A stretch of 64,000 nt of DNA from Callorhinchus milii (Eukaryota), in assembly GCF_018977255.1 (NCBI RefSeq), contig NW_024704742.1, positions 132,310,001-132,374,000 on the forward strand. Direction: 5' to 3'. Positions 1 to 12,995 of this stretch are shown in pieces. A program made the position numbers and the translations under genes. The notes under the pieces are model-generated. The model searched no databases. It had not been told where the DNA came from and was given only the letters and a program-made list of their open reading frames with translations. Positions within the stretch are counted from its first letter, which is position 1. The number at the start of each line of letters is the position of its first letter.

Positions 1-2407
1 GGATTATTAAAAAGATTGTGAATCGCTTTGAAGCGTCTTGACAATTTGATAAGGCACTATATAAAATGCAAGGATTACTATTGTTATTTGCTTTGGTAAA
101 TGCAAAATAAAATCACATCAAAACACCTGAAAGAGTTTCACAAACATTTATCGGTTAATGTAAGTGAATGTATTTTTAGACAATTGCAATAGCCATTCAT
201 CTCAAGCAACGTCCCACAAACAGCCTTGAGGTGAATGACCGATTAATCTGGGGGATTGTTGGCCCAAGCACACACCCACACAAAGATGTTTTGTTCACAC
301 AGATATTGAAAGAGCTCACATCTCCATGAAATTAATTCAAATTCGTCTTCGCACAACAAACAGCAAGAAAACACATCACTTGCCAAAGTCAAGTGGAGCA
401 TTGTATTGTTCAAGTGTTGAGTCCAGCCAACACTGATGGAATAAAAGCCTCCACTCGCCCTTTCTCTCTCTCTCTAATCACTATAAGAACCTGAAACAAA
501 ATGTGTCCTGGGTCAGGATGAATCCAATTCCTCATGACATGTCCATAATGCAAAACTGCTCATCACGATTTGCAATCACAGAAGCCACAGGATAGCTGAT
601 GTGAGCACTGGAAATGCCATGGAGTGGAATTGGGGGAGTGCTCTTTGGAGGGCAAAACAATGAAAATAAATTGTTGAGATGAAGTAGAAAAATGGCTACG
701 TGCCAAGCCAGGGCTGTCTGACACCTTAAGATTTGCTCCCATTGTGAAAGACACTAGGTTAATTAAAGTGTTGTATATCATACATCAGCTGGGCTCGTCA
801 GCTTTGGAAAAGAGTCATCTCAGAAATGTACCTTAAAGAGTTAGGTATGATGATGCCTAAGGGTTGGAGAAAATGAACCTGGAATGATATTTTTAGATAG
901 TTCAAGATAGTAACATGCATGGCAAGAGGGTACACGTTGAAGGGTGGCAAGAACAAGGTTAGGATAGACACCAGGAATCCATGCATTTAGTTCAGCATCT
1001 TTCACATCGGGAAGAAGTATCAAAAAGCTTCACGGGAGATTCTATAAAGTGAAGTGATTGGGTATTTTGTCAGTAAATATAGCACATAGCAATGTTGCAC
1101 AAACAGCCAACAGGTAAATGAACAATTTTATTTGGGGGATTGTTGGCCAGGACGCTGGGAGAAACTCCCTTCTCTTTACGAATAGAACCATGGGATCTTT
1201 AATGCCAACCTAAACAAGCAGACTGGACTTCGCTTTAACATCTAATCAGAAGGACGGCACCTCCAATAATGCAGTGCTCACTCATTCGCATGTCAGTTTA
1301 TAGTTTTTTGGGCAGTGTGTTCCATCTAAAAAAAAGTCAACAATACACAATAGCAAATTGCATTTGTTGCGAGCGTTCACTGCCACTTTCGATTTGCGAA
1401 CAACGAACTGAAAAACAGGGGAGGGAGGTATTTTGGGGGGCTTTGCCAGCACAGGATTCGTAATTCCATCGTTTTCCAATCTCACTCCTCATTGTGGCAA
1501 CCGCAAACGGTACATTGCAATTAAAGCAGCGAATACCATTTGGATACACTCCAATTTCGACCCTGTTGTCATTGAGATATAAGCCCATTTGCTGACATTC
1601 AGTGAACAAGGCAGAAGTTTTTATTAACAACCGAGGTCTTCTACCTTCTATGCTAATCCTCATGCAAGACAGAGGGTCAGAACACTCACTGACCGCCTTC
1701 ATATCGCTGATAACTGCAGGCAGATAATTACTGCCTAGAAATATTTTATAGCAAGTCTGTTAACTGGCACTTCTGCATGGCTGCACTGACATAATGAGAA
1801 CAACTGGATCATGGCTTTGCATCTCCCTCAGTCAGGGCGGCTCTGAACAAATCTCTCCACCAAGAGAAACCGGGTAGGAATTTATTCTCTTTTTAACAGC
1901 TGTTCCTCCTGCTGGAATGCAGCCTCAGTCCAGCATTGTGAGTCTTATTTCAAAACAAATGTCTCTGATAACTATTGCAATGTCCCCATTTTGGAATAAA
2001 AGTCCTTTGTTACCACGGGCCCAACCCCACCCCGTCCCCTCCTCCAATGGCCTTGTGCTCATTGATCTAATTTGAAAAGAGAAGGAAGTTTCTCCCAGTA
2101 TCCAAGTGATATTTGCTGCTTTAATTCGACCACTGAGAGACATGGCCCTGCGTGAAGGACACTATATAAATGCACATTGCTGATGTTGGTGGTGAACCTC
2201 ATTTTTCAGTCCGATATTTACAAATTGAAAGTCGCAGCAAACGCACCCACCCACCCACCCACCCAACAAATGGAATTTGCTTTTTCACATTGTTCATCTT
2301 GGTATTGTCAGAGAACATCATGAGAAAACATGAGGGGCTATAGTTATGAGGAGAGATCGGATAAGTTGGGTCTGTTGAGATGTCTCAAAGCACTTGCTTC
2401 ACAGAAA

Positions 2408-2676
2408 ATAATAATAATCCTTGCATTTCATATAGCGCCTTATCACATCCTCACAGAATATACTGTGAAGTGAATTTACTGTATATCTTGTGGGCAAAAC
2501 ACGGCAGCCAATTGTGCACAGCCGTGTCCCACAAACAGTCATGGATTGAGTGACCAAATTATTATTTTTTTTAAGGATTATTATCCCCGGAAAAGGGATC
2601 CGTCAATCGACTAACAACCGGGTTCCTACTTACTGCTAGGTAAACAGAGGCGTGTGGAGTAAGGAAACTTGGCCAA
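2408..2676 (-). mobile_element. SINE family A long form, 5'-truncated (similar partial copies at 4146-4325, 10723-11000, 42107-42370 and 51545-51810)
   Basis: Tail, body and central segment are present; the head is missing. Confidence 0.85.
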
Positions 2677-4659
2677 ATTATTATTCAGTCACGCAATCCC
2701 AACCCTCTAAAGGAGTGGTTCAAAAGGGGTTTGGACATTGGACAGGATTTTGTTTTTTAGCCTTATTGAAGGTGAGAGCAGCTTTGATACAATCTGAGCT
2801 CCCAAAGATGAAAGATCAATGTGCTATCCTGCTGTGGGGATAGCAATGTGCTATCACTGAGGGGAGCCGAGATCTGGGATGCTCATAATTGTCTGATTAA
2901 CTGCAGCGTGAAGATGAAATCAACTCTTTTTTACATTTTTCTTAAAGCAAAACATTCAATTGCACTGTTGCAAAACAATCATTGTGGCTAGGCTTTGTAG
3001 GTTATTACGCATGTCTCAATGCGTATCTCTTTGACCATGCTTTTGGTCATCTTTCCCTCCTCTCCTCCTCGGCTCCTTGAGGGATCGTTGGTCTGGACAC
3101 CAGGAAAAACTCTCGAAGCAGTGCAATGGGATCTTTAACATCCACCTGAACAGTCAGATGGGGCCTCAGTTTAATATCGCAGTCAAACAACGGTACCTCC
3201 AACAATGCTCACCCAACATTGTACTGGAGCATCAGCCTTGACTGTGAGATTACAAAGTTCCATCACAGTGCTTAAACATACACTCTTCTGACTCAGTGCT
3301 ACCAACTGAGCCAAGCTGACACCTACATCCATTGGATAGAAGAGGGAGAGTGAATTATGAAAAACGGCAATTTGTTTATTTTATCTCCCCTTTACTTTAT
3401 TTTCTGCCGGGTAAAACTGCTCCGACAAACATTCGCAGAAGTGTCACAATCACATTACCATGTCACACGTCTTCTAAATCACTTCCCATTCATTTTAATG
3501 AGGGGCCGAGTCACTTCAGTGCTTGCCGCAATTGCAGTCATCAAAAAAAGCCTGAATACCAAATACCCAAGTGAAATAAGGCAAACGCACTTCGAACTAT
3601 TTTCTCTAAGCACGACAATTGTGTTCCATTTAGGTTCAGGATTTTTTCTTCTAATTTATGCAGAGGTTCAACTCTCCCATCTGTAATGACATTGCTGTCT
3701 GGCTACTTGCTTTGGACGTAATTACTGCAAACTTGTGTTTTTTTGCAGTTGATTAAGCACAAGCGTAATGCGTTACCACACACGACTGGAACACTAATTA
3801 GACTAATTATTAGGTGCACACTTGACTGAAATAAGCCAAAATGCAATCTTCCGCATCAAATCCCACTCTAATCCGCGCGCGCCATAAGTCACAATTGAAG
3901 TAGAGCTAAGGACCACTTGTACACACAGTGCAGACTGCCTTCCCCACATTAATCAGCAGCAGCAGTATCTCATAAGAGTGGATTTTTTTTGCCTTTGGCA
4001 CAGAGAGAAAGAAAGAAAAAGGAGGTTGTCATCCCATCCTTCTGGGCAGGAATCAGAGCCTGGACAATGCCCGACATGAAAGGCGCTATACAAATGTAAT
4101 GCTTTGTTGTTAACCACCACACTCTTCCTGGAAAGGTGATCTTTTATAATAATAATCCTTGCATTTGACATAGGGCCTTATCACGTTCTCAAGACGTCTC
4201 AAGATATATTGTAAAGTGGATTGACTATATTTTCTGGGCAAAACGCAACAGTGAGTTGCGTACAGCAGTGTCCCACAAACAGTCATGGATTGAGTGACCA
4301 AATTATTATTATTATTATTATTTTTTCACCTTACTTTAAACATCAATGCAACTTACAGTGGGAGGGAAGGATCTATGATAATATTTGCATTTGATACAAC
4401 GCCTGACACATTGGGGAGGATGTCCCAAAGTGTTCAACACTGCTGGCTGGGTACCCAATCTGGTGGAGCCAAAGAGGGTAGGGAGGGGAAAGATGACTGA
4501 AAGCACGATCAAAGAGGCTGGCCTTTAGATGGGCCTAGAATGAAGTGAGTAAGGGAGCGAGTCCGAGATAGAGTTGCAGAGAGTACAGGCAGAATGGCTA
4601 TAAAAATATCTATAAAAAACGTCTTCTATCATCCTGGTTCAATTCGTAGCAATTAAGAG

Positions 4660-5377
4660 TGTGTCATGTTTGACCATGAACTCTCCTTTCTTCCCCACAT
4701 CTGCACCATGACCGGCACTGCCTTCCACCACCTCCGCAACATTGCCAGACTCCGCCACTGCCTCACCCCTCAGGCTGCCGAAACCCTTACCCACGCATTC
4801 GTCACATCAAGGTTCGATTATGGAAATTCCCTCCTCAATGGCCTTCCCAACTCTTCCCTTCACAAGCTGCAGATCATCCAAAACTCTGCAGCTCGTGTAC
4901 TCTTGCACACCAGGCTCTGTGACCCCATCACTCCCACCCTCGCTCGACTCCACTGGCTCCCCATCCCTCAGAGGATCGAATTCAAGATCCTCATCCTCAC
5001 TTCCAAGGCCATCCCTAGCCTTGACCCCTTTCTGAACTGCTGACTCCCTACCAACCTGCCCGCTCCCTCCGTTCAGCGGGCTCCGGCCTGCTCCATGTCT
5101 CCCGCCCACCCCGCCCTACCATCGGTGGCCGAGCCTTCAGCCTCTTTGCCCTCACACTCTGGAACTCCATCTCACAGTCCCTTTGCCTTGTTTCCTCCCT
5201 TGCCTCCTTCAAGGCCGGTCTCAAGACCCTCCTCTTCGATCGTGCCTTCGGTCACCCTCCCACCTCTCTGTCTTCCCTCGTCCCTATCCCACCCCTCGCC
5301 CATGCTCGGGTCCAGCTCTTTGGGAAATCCTCCTGACGTGAAAGGCGCTCTATAAATGTAATTTTGTTGTTGTTGTT
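4660..5377 (+). mobile_element. L2 LINE 3' fragment (ORF2 C-terminus, 3'UTR, (TTG)n tail)
   Basis: ORF 4666-5043 has L2 C-terminal motifs (HAFVTSRFDYGNSLL, LQIIQNSAARVL, LHWLPIPQRIEFKIL). Ends in gacgtgaaaggcgctctataaatgtaattttgttgttg. Confidence 0.92.
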
Positions 5378-5784
5378 AGGGGTGTGCTGCACTGTTGGAA
5401 GTACTGCCCTTTGGATGAGATGTTAAACTGAGATCCCATCTGCCTTTCGGATGGGCATTAAAGATCTCACAGCAATATTCAAGAAAAGAAAGGAATTTCT
5501 CTTGGGGTCTTAGCCAACAATCCCCCAGATAAAATTAGTCATTCACTTCATATAGGTTTGTGGGACATTTGTTGTGCGCAAATTGGCTGCTACATTCACC
5601 TGCAAAATACAGTCACCGCATTTTATTGTAAATCCTGCCAGGCATTTTGAGACGTGCTCCCAGGACGAAAGCTGTTATATCAAAGGCGAGGATTATTATT
5701 ATTATTATTTTATTGACATCAAAAGGGTGAAAGCCTGAACGGAGGCAAGGCGATGTGAAACCATAACCATTGAAGTCCAAATTC

Positions 5785-6100
5785 ACCTGACCTGGGGGTT
5801 GTGGTCAGAAGGGGTGGAGGGCAGGGAGGGTGGGGGTCGGAGGGCGACCAAAGTCATAGAAGAAGATCTTGAGATGGGCCTTGAAGGAGGTCAGGGAGAG
5901 TATGAGCTGGAGGGATTCTGGGATGGAGTTCCAGAATGTGCGGGCAGAAAAGCTGAAGGCCTGACCGGCAATGGTGGAGTGTGTGGGGGGTGTGGACATG
6001 GAGCAGGGCAGTGCCCGCCAAGTAGAGATTGGTATGGTGTTAAGATGCCACAGAGGTAAGGAGGAGCATGACTGTGGAGGACTTTAAAAGTGAGGGAGAG
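5785..6100 (-). mobile_element. L2 LINE 3' fragment without tail
   Basis: Minus-strand translations LTFKVLHSHAPPYLCGILTPY and AFSFSARTFWNSIPESL..FKAHLKIFF match the L2 ORF2 end seen in other copies. Confidence 0.82.
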
Positions 6101-8008
6101 CATAACAATTGAAGTCCAAATTCGACCCTCAAACTGACTGAGCTCCCGGGAAGGTTGAAAACTTTTCAGCATGCGTCAAATCTATGGGCAATTTGTGACC
6201 TGTCCGTCAGAATGCAATTGCAATAACAAAGAAAACTTTTCTCACAAGATTGATTTCCTTACAATGAAATTATTTCGGGAACAAAAGTGTCTGTTTTTTT
6301 TTAACAAAACAAAACAAAGGTATGTGGAGAGAGTGTGGGAAGGTTTCCAAGTTGTTCGAATGAAATGAACAATTTTAAAATCATACATATATGCATTTCA
6401 TCCCCCAAACGGTACGTAAAATAACATCAAAACCACTTCAAACAACAGCACAAGGGGAGACCACAGGGACAGGTATCAATCAAAAAAAGGTATTTGACTC
6501 TTTCGAAAATTCACTGACATTTGACAAGCTTTTATTTTTGGCTCGTCGGGTGACTGACACACACAGAGAACGAACACCATGTTTGAGAGTCCCAGAACCA
6601 AACTGCTGAGATTTCCACATTTCATATCAGGAGGACATCTCAAAGCACTTCACAGATTTACTGTAAAGTGCAAGGTCCATATTTTTCTAGCCGAATATGG
6701 CAGCCAATTTGCACGCCAATTATAATGTCCCACAAACATCTTTGAAGTAAATGCCCAATTTTATTGGGGGGATTGTTGGCCAGGAGATGAAGGGAAACTC
6801 TTTTCTCTTTTTGGTTAGATCCATGGGATTTTTAGTGTCTGCCTGAATGGCTCCTCCAACAATGCAGTGCTACCCCCAGCACTCCATTGGTGTCAGCCTA
6901 GACTGTGTGAATTCAAAGTCCTGACACAAGGATTGCTCACCTAAATCCTAGAGGGTTTAGGCATACGTTGGCAAGAGACAAGACTCAGGGTAAACTCCAA
7001 AGTATGCATTTGAGAGTACCACTGGATTTTAACCAGCTAAAGCCAGGCATTATGCCATGGTGAGCACTGGCTACCTTCTCTACCTATAGCCACCCACCCT
7101 GCTAGGGCTTTGGCTTGCAGGTTAATACAAGCCTTCTATGTGAACCGTTAATTTAATGAGGGTTTCAGACATCCAGGCCCACATGAACACTAACTTTCAG
7201 CAGCTCAAGAAGGGCAACATGGCTTGTCATCATCCTCGGCTCCTGCCAACGTCTCCTCACTTCTGGCTCTGACAGCATGAATTTCTTCGACCTATTGCTC
7301 AAACTCTGAGAAACGCTCAGAGATGTTATTCTATGCGAAGGGCGCTGATTAAATGCAAGTTGCTGTTGTTTTTAAATGTTACCCATTTTGAATGGAAGAA
7401 AAAGATACGATTTGCACTGTAAGAGATTTATCTCCATGGTGATGTTCTCCAGACCTAAGCAATTAAATAATAATCATTGCATTTTATCTAGTGATGCCAA
7501 ACACAATACGCTTATAGAGCTTTGCGTAAAGTTTAGTGACTGTGTATGTATAGGCAAACATAGCAGCCAATAGGCTTCTCAATTAAGGCTGAAGTTTACC
7601 CACAAGCTTAAATTGTACAGCAATGGTCTTGAGGCTAAGACCAACTAAAATGTTCAGGTCTCCAGTTCTCAAATTGGATCTCCAGTGATTGCCTTAGTGA
7701 CCTCTGAAGGTTTCAATAGAGTTTTGTGCATGCAAGCCTTTGATCAGCTTAATTTCACACTTTTCATTTACTACTACATTCCACTGATCTTTCCCAGTGC
7801 TGCGGGCTGTGTGGAGCAATAAATTCTTCCTAAAAAGATATTTCCATCAGCGGCACTCTAAGCAAGGTGTTGCAGTTAAATGAATCATTGAGGGAAGCTC
7901 TAATAAGGCACTATATCAAGTCAAAGGATTATTATTACTAAGATCAGTCGGACTTTGCTGAAAGTGTCAAAATGCACTCGATCTTATGAAAATGATTTTA
8001 AGACCAAC

Positions 8009-10222
8009 CACAACAACAACAACAAAATTACATTTGTATACCGTCTTTCACATTGGGAGGACATCCCAATTGCGGGATGGAGTTCCAGAGTGGGGGGGAG
8101 CAAAGTGGCGCGAGCGAGTTGGGGGAACGTGAAGTCAGAGCCTGCTGAACTGAGGGAGCGAGCAGGATGGTAGGGGGTTAGAAGGTCACAGAGGTAAGGG
8201 GGAACAAGACCATGGAGGGCTTTGAAGGTAAGGATCAGGATCTTGAACTGTATCCTCTGTGTGATGGGAAGCCAGTGGAGTCGGGTGAGGTTGGGGGTGA
8301 TAGGGTCACGGAGTCTAGTGCAGAAGAGGACACAGGCTGCAGAGTTCTCAATGATCTGTAGCCTATGGAGGGAGGAGTTGGGGAGGCCGACAAGCGATAA
8401 GTTTGCATAGTCAAGCCTGGATGTAATGAAAGCATGTATGATGGTTTCAGCAGCCTGCGGTGTGAGACAGTGGCGGAGCCGAGCAATATTACAGTGGTGG
8501 GGGAAGGCAGAACGGGCCATGGCGCAGATGTGGGGTAGAAAGGATAGCTGAGGGTCAAACAAGACCTCAAGGTTCCAGACTGGCTTAGTAAAGTGGAGGG
8601 TGCAACCATGGATGGTGATGCTGTCAGCGCCTGAGGTAACGGGAGCTGATCAGGACAGCCTCTGTCTTGTTGGCATTCAACTGTAGAAAGTTAGCTCTCA
8701 TCCAGGACTTAATGTCCGACAGACATTCTGTCAGGACAGCAGTGGTCCTGGAGTCAAGGGTGGACGCAGAGAGGTAGAGTTGGGTGTCATCCGCATACAT
8801 GTGGAAGTTGACTCCATATCTGTGGATGATGTCACCAAGAGGGAGCATATAGATATTGAAGAGGAGGGGACCAAGGACAGAGCCCTGAGGAATGCCGCAC
8901 AAGACGGTCCTGGGGGCTAGAGGAGAAGCCGTTTGAGGAGATGAAGTGCAGGCGGTGTGAGAGGTACAATCAGAACCAGTTAAGGACAGAGGCATGAAGG
9001 TTGAGGTGAGAGGAGAGGTGGTGGATGAGAATAGAGTGATCAACTGTGTTGAAGGCAGCAGAGAGGTTAAGGAGAATGAGGAGGCAGAGGGAGCCCTGGT
9101 CATAGATGGACAGAGTGTCATTTGTTACTTTGACTAGGACTCTTTCTGTGCTGTGAGCGATACGGAAAATCGTTTTGCGGGGTTCATGAAGGGAGTGGCG
9201 GGAGAGGAAGGAGCAAAGCTGGGGAGCAACTACTTGTTCCAGGACCTTGGAGAGGAATGGGAGGTTGGAGATTGGGAGTAGAGATGTGTGCAGGGTCGGG
9301 TTTTTTTAAGGAGAGGAGTGATGATGGCAGTTTTCAATGGCGTGGGAACAGTACCAGTGGACAAGGAGAGGTTTATGATGTTCTGTGCGTAGAGTGGCAA
9401 GAAGGTGGAGCTCAGAGGTAAAAGAGAGGGTTAGGGATGGGGTCGAGGGAGCAGGTAGTTGGTTTCATGGGAGTTATAGTGGTGAAGAGAGAGGAGAAGG
9501 AGACAGGTTCGAAGGTGTGCCGGGAGGCATGGGTAGGGGCCGAGGTGGGAGGGGGAGACGGGGCGGGGGGGGCAGCAGATGGATTGGCCAGGCAGCTGAG
9601 CAGATTCCCTTGACTTTGGATTCGAGTAAGTCCAGCATCGCCTCGCAGTTTGGCATTTGAGGTGAGGATCGGTGAGGCATGAGAGGGTGGATGGAGGAGC
9701 TGGTTCATGATGGAGAAGAGGAGCCTGGGGTTGTCCTTAGCCTCCAAGATCGTCTTGGAGTAGAACGACGATTCAGCGGAGGCGAGGGAGGAGTGGTAAG
9801 ATTCGATGAGGTCCAGCCATATCTGCCGATGAACTGTTAAGTTTGATTTAAGCCAGGTGCAATGAGCGGCACGCACCTGTGCTTTAAGGGAGCGGAGGTG
9901 GCTGGTGTACCAAGGTGATTTACGTGAATAGGACACGGTTCAGGAAGAGAGGGAAGCAAGGGAATCGAGAGTGGAGGAGAGGGAACTGTGGAGAAGAGTG
10001 ACCGAGGAGGATAGGTCACTGTGGGAGGAAGCCCAGAAGGGAAGGAGTTTAGATGACTCCAAGGCAGCCAAGAGGGAGGGGGGGGAATTTTTTCCAAGTA
10101 GGAGATGGAGGTGGGTTGGGTGGCGGTGGGGAGAGGGATTGAGGAGTTAAGGCAGATGAAGTGATGGTCCAAGATCGCTTTGTCGATGATACTAAGATTA
10201 CGAGATGAGGCACCAGGCCTGT
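8009..10222 (-). mobile_element. Decayed, 5'-truncated L2 LINE (end of endonuclease, RT, C-terminus)
   Basis: Frameshifted ORFs carry [59 protein letters not shown] and HAFITSRLDYAN. (CAA)n tail near 8010. Confidence 0.95.
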
Positions 10223-10722
10223 TGGTGTAAAATACTATACAATTACATTTATATATAGCGCCTTTCACATCAAAGGGATGTCTCAAAGTGCTTCACATTG
10301 CTGTGGTGTAATAATAATAATAATATTCCTTGCACGTCGTTAAGACGTCTCAAGGCGCATCACAGAATGTACTGTAAAGTGAATTGACTGTATATTTTTG
10401 GGACGAAATGTGATAGGGCTGCAGCTGGGAGACTGGGAACTTGCTGGTTTGAATCCCAGTCTATATGCTGTCTGTGGGCTGAGGGATTCCCAGGACTAGG
10501 GTGGTTGAGGCCAGTTGTGCTTAGCGATCCTGGTCCCTCTTCAGTAGGTGCGTGTATAGCAGCTGGAAGATGAGAGGCCAGACTTGGCTTTGTGACACCC
10601 TCTGCGGTTCAGTGTGCTGCCGAGACTCACAAGCAAACATCAGCCACGATGGGCAGAGTACCAGAGGGTAACCAGCACCCAGAGGAAACCGTACAAATGC
10701 TGGGTGTTAGGAGCAGAGACGC

Positions 10723-10754
<32 letters not shown>

Positions 10755-11057
10755 CCTTGCATTTGATATTGTGCCTTATCACGTCATTCAAATGTCTCAA
10801 AGCGAAATGTAGCAGCCAATTGTGCACAGCAGCTCCCACAAACAACCGTGGATTGAGCAACCAAATTTTTTTTTTTTTAAGGGACTATTATCCGCTGGAA
10901 AGCGATCCTACATTCAACTAATATCGAGGTTCCAACTTACTGTTCAGTAAACAGATATGCAGTGTAAGGAAACCTGCCTAAGATTTTGTCCCGCCTGGCA
11001 TATGCCAATTGGGGAACAAGTGCATTTAGCACAGTACGTTTATTATAAAAAAGGAAT

Positions 11058-12995
11058 AACAACAACAACTTGGATTTATATAGCGCCCTCCACACCGGGC
11101 GGCGTCTCAGAGCGCTTTACAGTAACGGGTCCCGGGCCGAGCCGGGGGAGGGGGAGGAAGGTGACCAAAGGCGCGGTCGAAAAGAAAGGTCTTCAGCAGA
11201 GACCTGAAAATGGGAAGGGAGGGAACGAGACGAAGGGAGTGAGGAAGGCAGTTCCAGAGCCCCGGGGCATAGTGGCTGAAGGCACAGCCACCGAGGGTGG
11301 AGTGGAGGACTCGGGGGACGAGGAGGAGGCCAGACCTGGAGGAACGAAGGCAACGGGTACTGTTTTGAGGAGAGAGGAGGCCAGAGAGCTAGGGGGATGC
11401 AGAGGAGTGGAGGGATTTGAAGACAAGGGTGGGGATCTTGAAGTCGATCCTCTCTCGGACAGGCAGCCAGAGCGGTCTGGCAAGGACTGGGGTGATCGGG
11501 GAGCAGAGTTTTGTGCGGGTGAGAATGCGGGCGGCAGAGTTTTGAATGATTTGGATTTTATGGATGGTGGTGGATGGGAGACCGGCGAGGAGGGCGTTGG
11601 AGTAGTCCAGCTGAGAGGTGACAAAGGCATGGACCAGGGTTTCAGTGGCTTTTGGAGAGAGACATTGGAGGAGACTGGCGATGCGTCGGAGGTGATAGAA
11701 GGCAGTGCTGGTGAGGGACCGGATGTGGGGGAGGAAGGATAATTGGGAGTCGAACCTGACGCCTAAGTTGCTTGCGGGTTCAGAGAGCTTTAGGGGGAGG
11801 TCGGGTAGGTGGAGGAGGTGAGAGCCGTGAGATTTTAGACGTTGACGAGAGCCAAAGAGTATGGCTTCCGTCTTGTCAACGTTTAGCTGAAGGAAGTTTG
11901 TGCTCATCCAGCCCTGCGGTTTGACAGGCAGGCTGACAGAACATCAGGGGACTGGGGGTCGCAAAGAGAGGTGGAAAAATAGAGTTGGATGTCATCTGCA
12001 TACATGTGGAAATGTACCCCATGTCTACGGATGACATCCCAAGAGGGAGCATGTAGATCAGAAAGAGAAGGGGACCAAGGATGGATCCTTGGGGTACCCT
12101 GCAGGCGACCGGGTGTGAGCGGGAGGAGAAGCTATTCGTGCAGATGTACTGCTGGTGGTTTGTGAGGTAGGACTCAAACCAGGCGAGTGCGGTCTCACTG
12201 AGGTGGATGACGGAGGAAAGGGAGTGGAGGAGGATGGCGTGATCGACTGTATCGAACGCGGCAGAGAGATCCAGGAGGACAAGGAGGCAGAGGGAGCCCT
12301 GGTCACAAATAGAGAGGATGTCATTTGTGACTTTCACAAGCGCAGTCTCTGTACTGTGGGCGGAAACCGGACTGGAGGGGTTCGAAGAGGGAGTGGGAGG
12401 AGAGGTGTGCGCGAAGTTGGTTGGCAACAACGCATTCTAGAACTTTTGCGAGGAAGGGCAGGTTAGAAATAGGGCGGTAGTGGCTGGGGTTTGCGGGATC
12501 CAGGGAAGGTTTCTTGAGGAGGGGGGTGATGACAGCAGTTTTGAGGGAGGCAGGGACTGATCTGGAGGAGAGGGACTGGTTAATGATGTCAACCAGTAGT
12601 GGGCAGAGGAGGGGGAGCTGGGTGACCAGTAAGTTGGTGGGGAGGGGGTCAAGGCAGCAGGTAGTGGGTTTCATGAAGGTGATGGTGCATGAGAGGGAGG
12701 AGGGAGAGATGGGGAGGAAGGAATGTAGGATGGGGGTGGTGGTAGGAGTAGATGATGGGGAGGGTGAGAGGGACAGAGAGGGAGTGGTGGTGGGTGACAA
12801 GATGCAGGTGGATGAGGCTGCCTGGCAGATGTTAAGTATTTTAGATGAAAAAAAGCCCATGACCTCCTCACACTTGGCATTTGATACGAAGATTGAGGAG
12901 GCCTGAGGGGAGCACGGAGGAGGTAGTGGGTGGTGGGGAAAAGGATTTTTGGGTTGTGTTTAGCCTCCAAGATGATGTTGGAGTAGAAGGCTGAA
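11058..12995 (-). mobile_element. Decayed, 5'-truncated L2 LINE (second subfamily)
   Basis: ORFs 12321-12860, 11876-12430 and 11389-11907 carry YRPISNLPFLAKVLE, STETALVKVTND, LLDLSAAFDTVDH, VPQGSILGPLLF and LHWL-like motifs. (CAA)n tail at 11058. Confidence 0.95.

Noticed and set aside
10957..11742. 261-aa plus-strand ORF
   Set aside because: It is the antisense frame of the L2 element.
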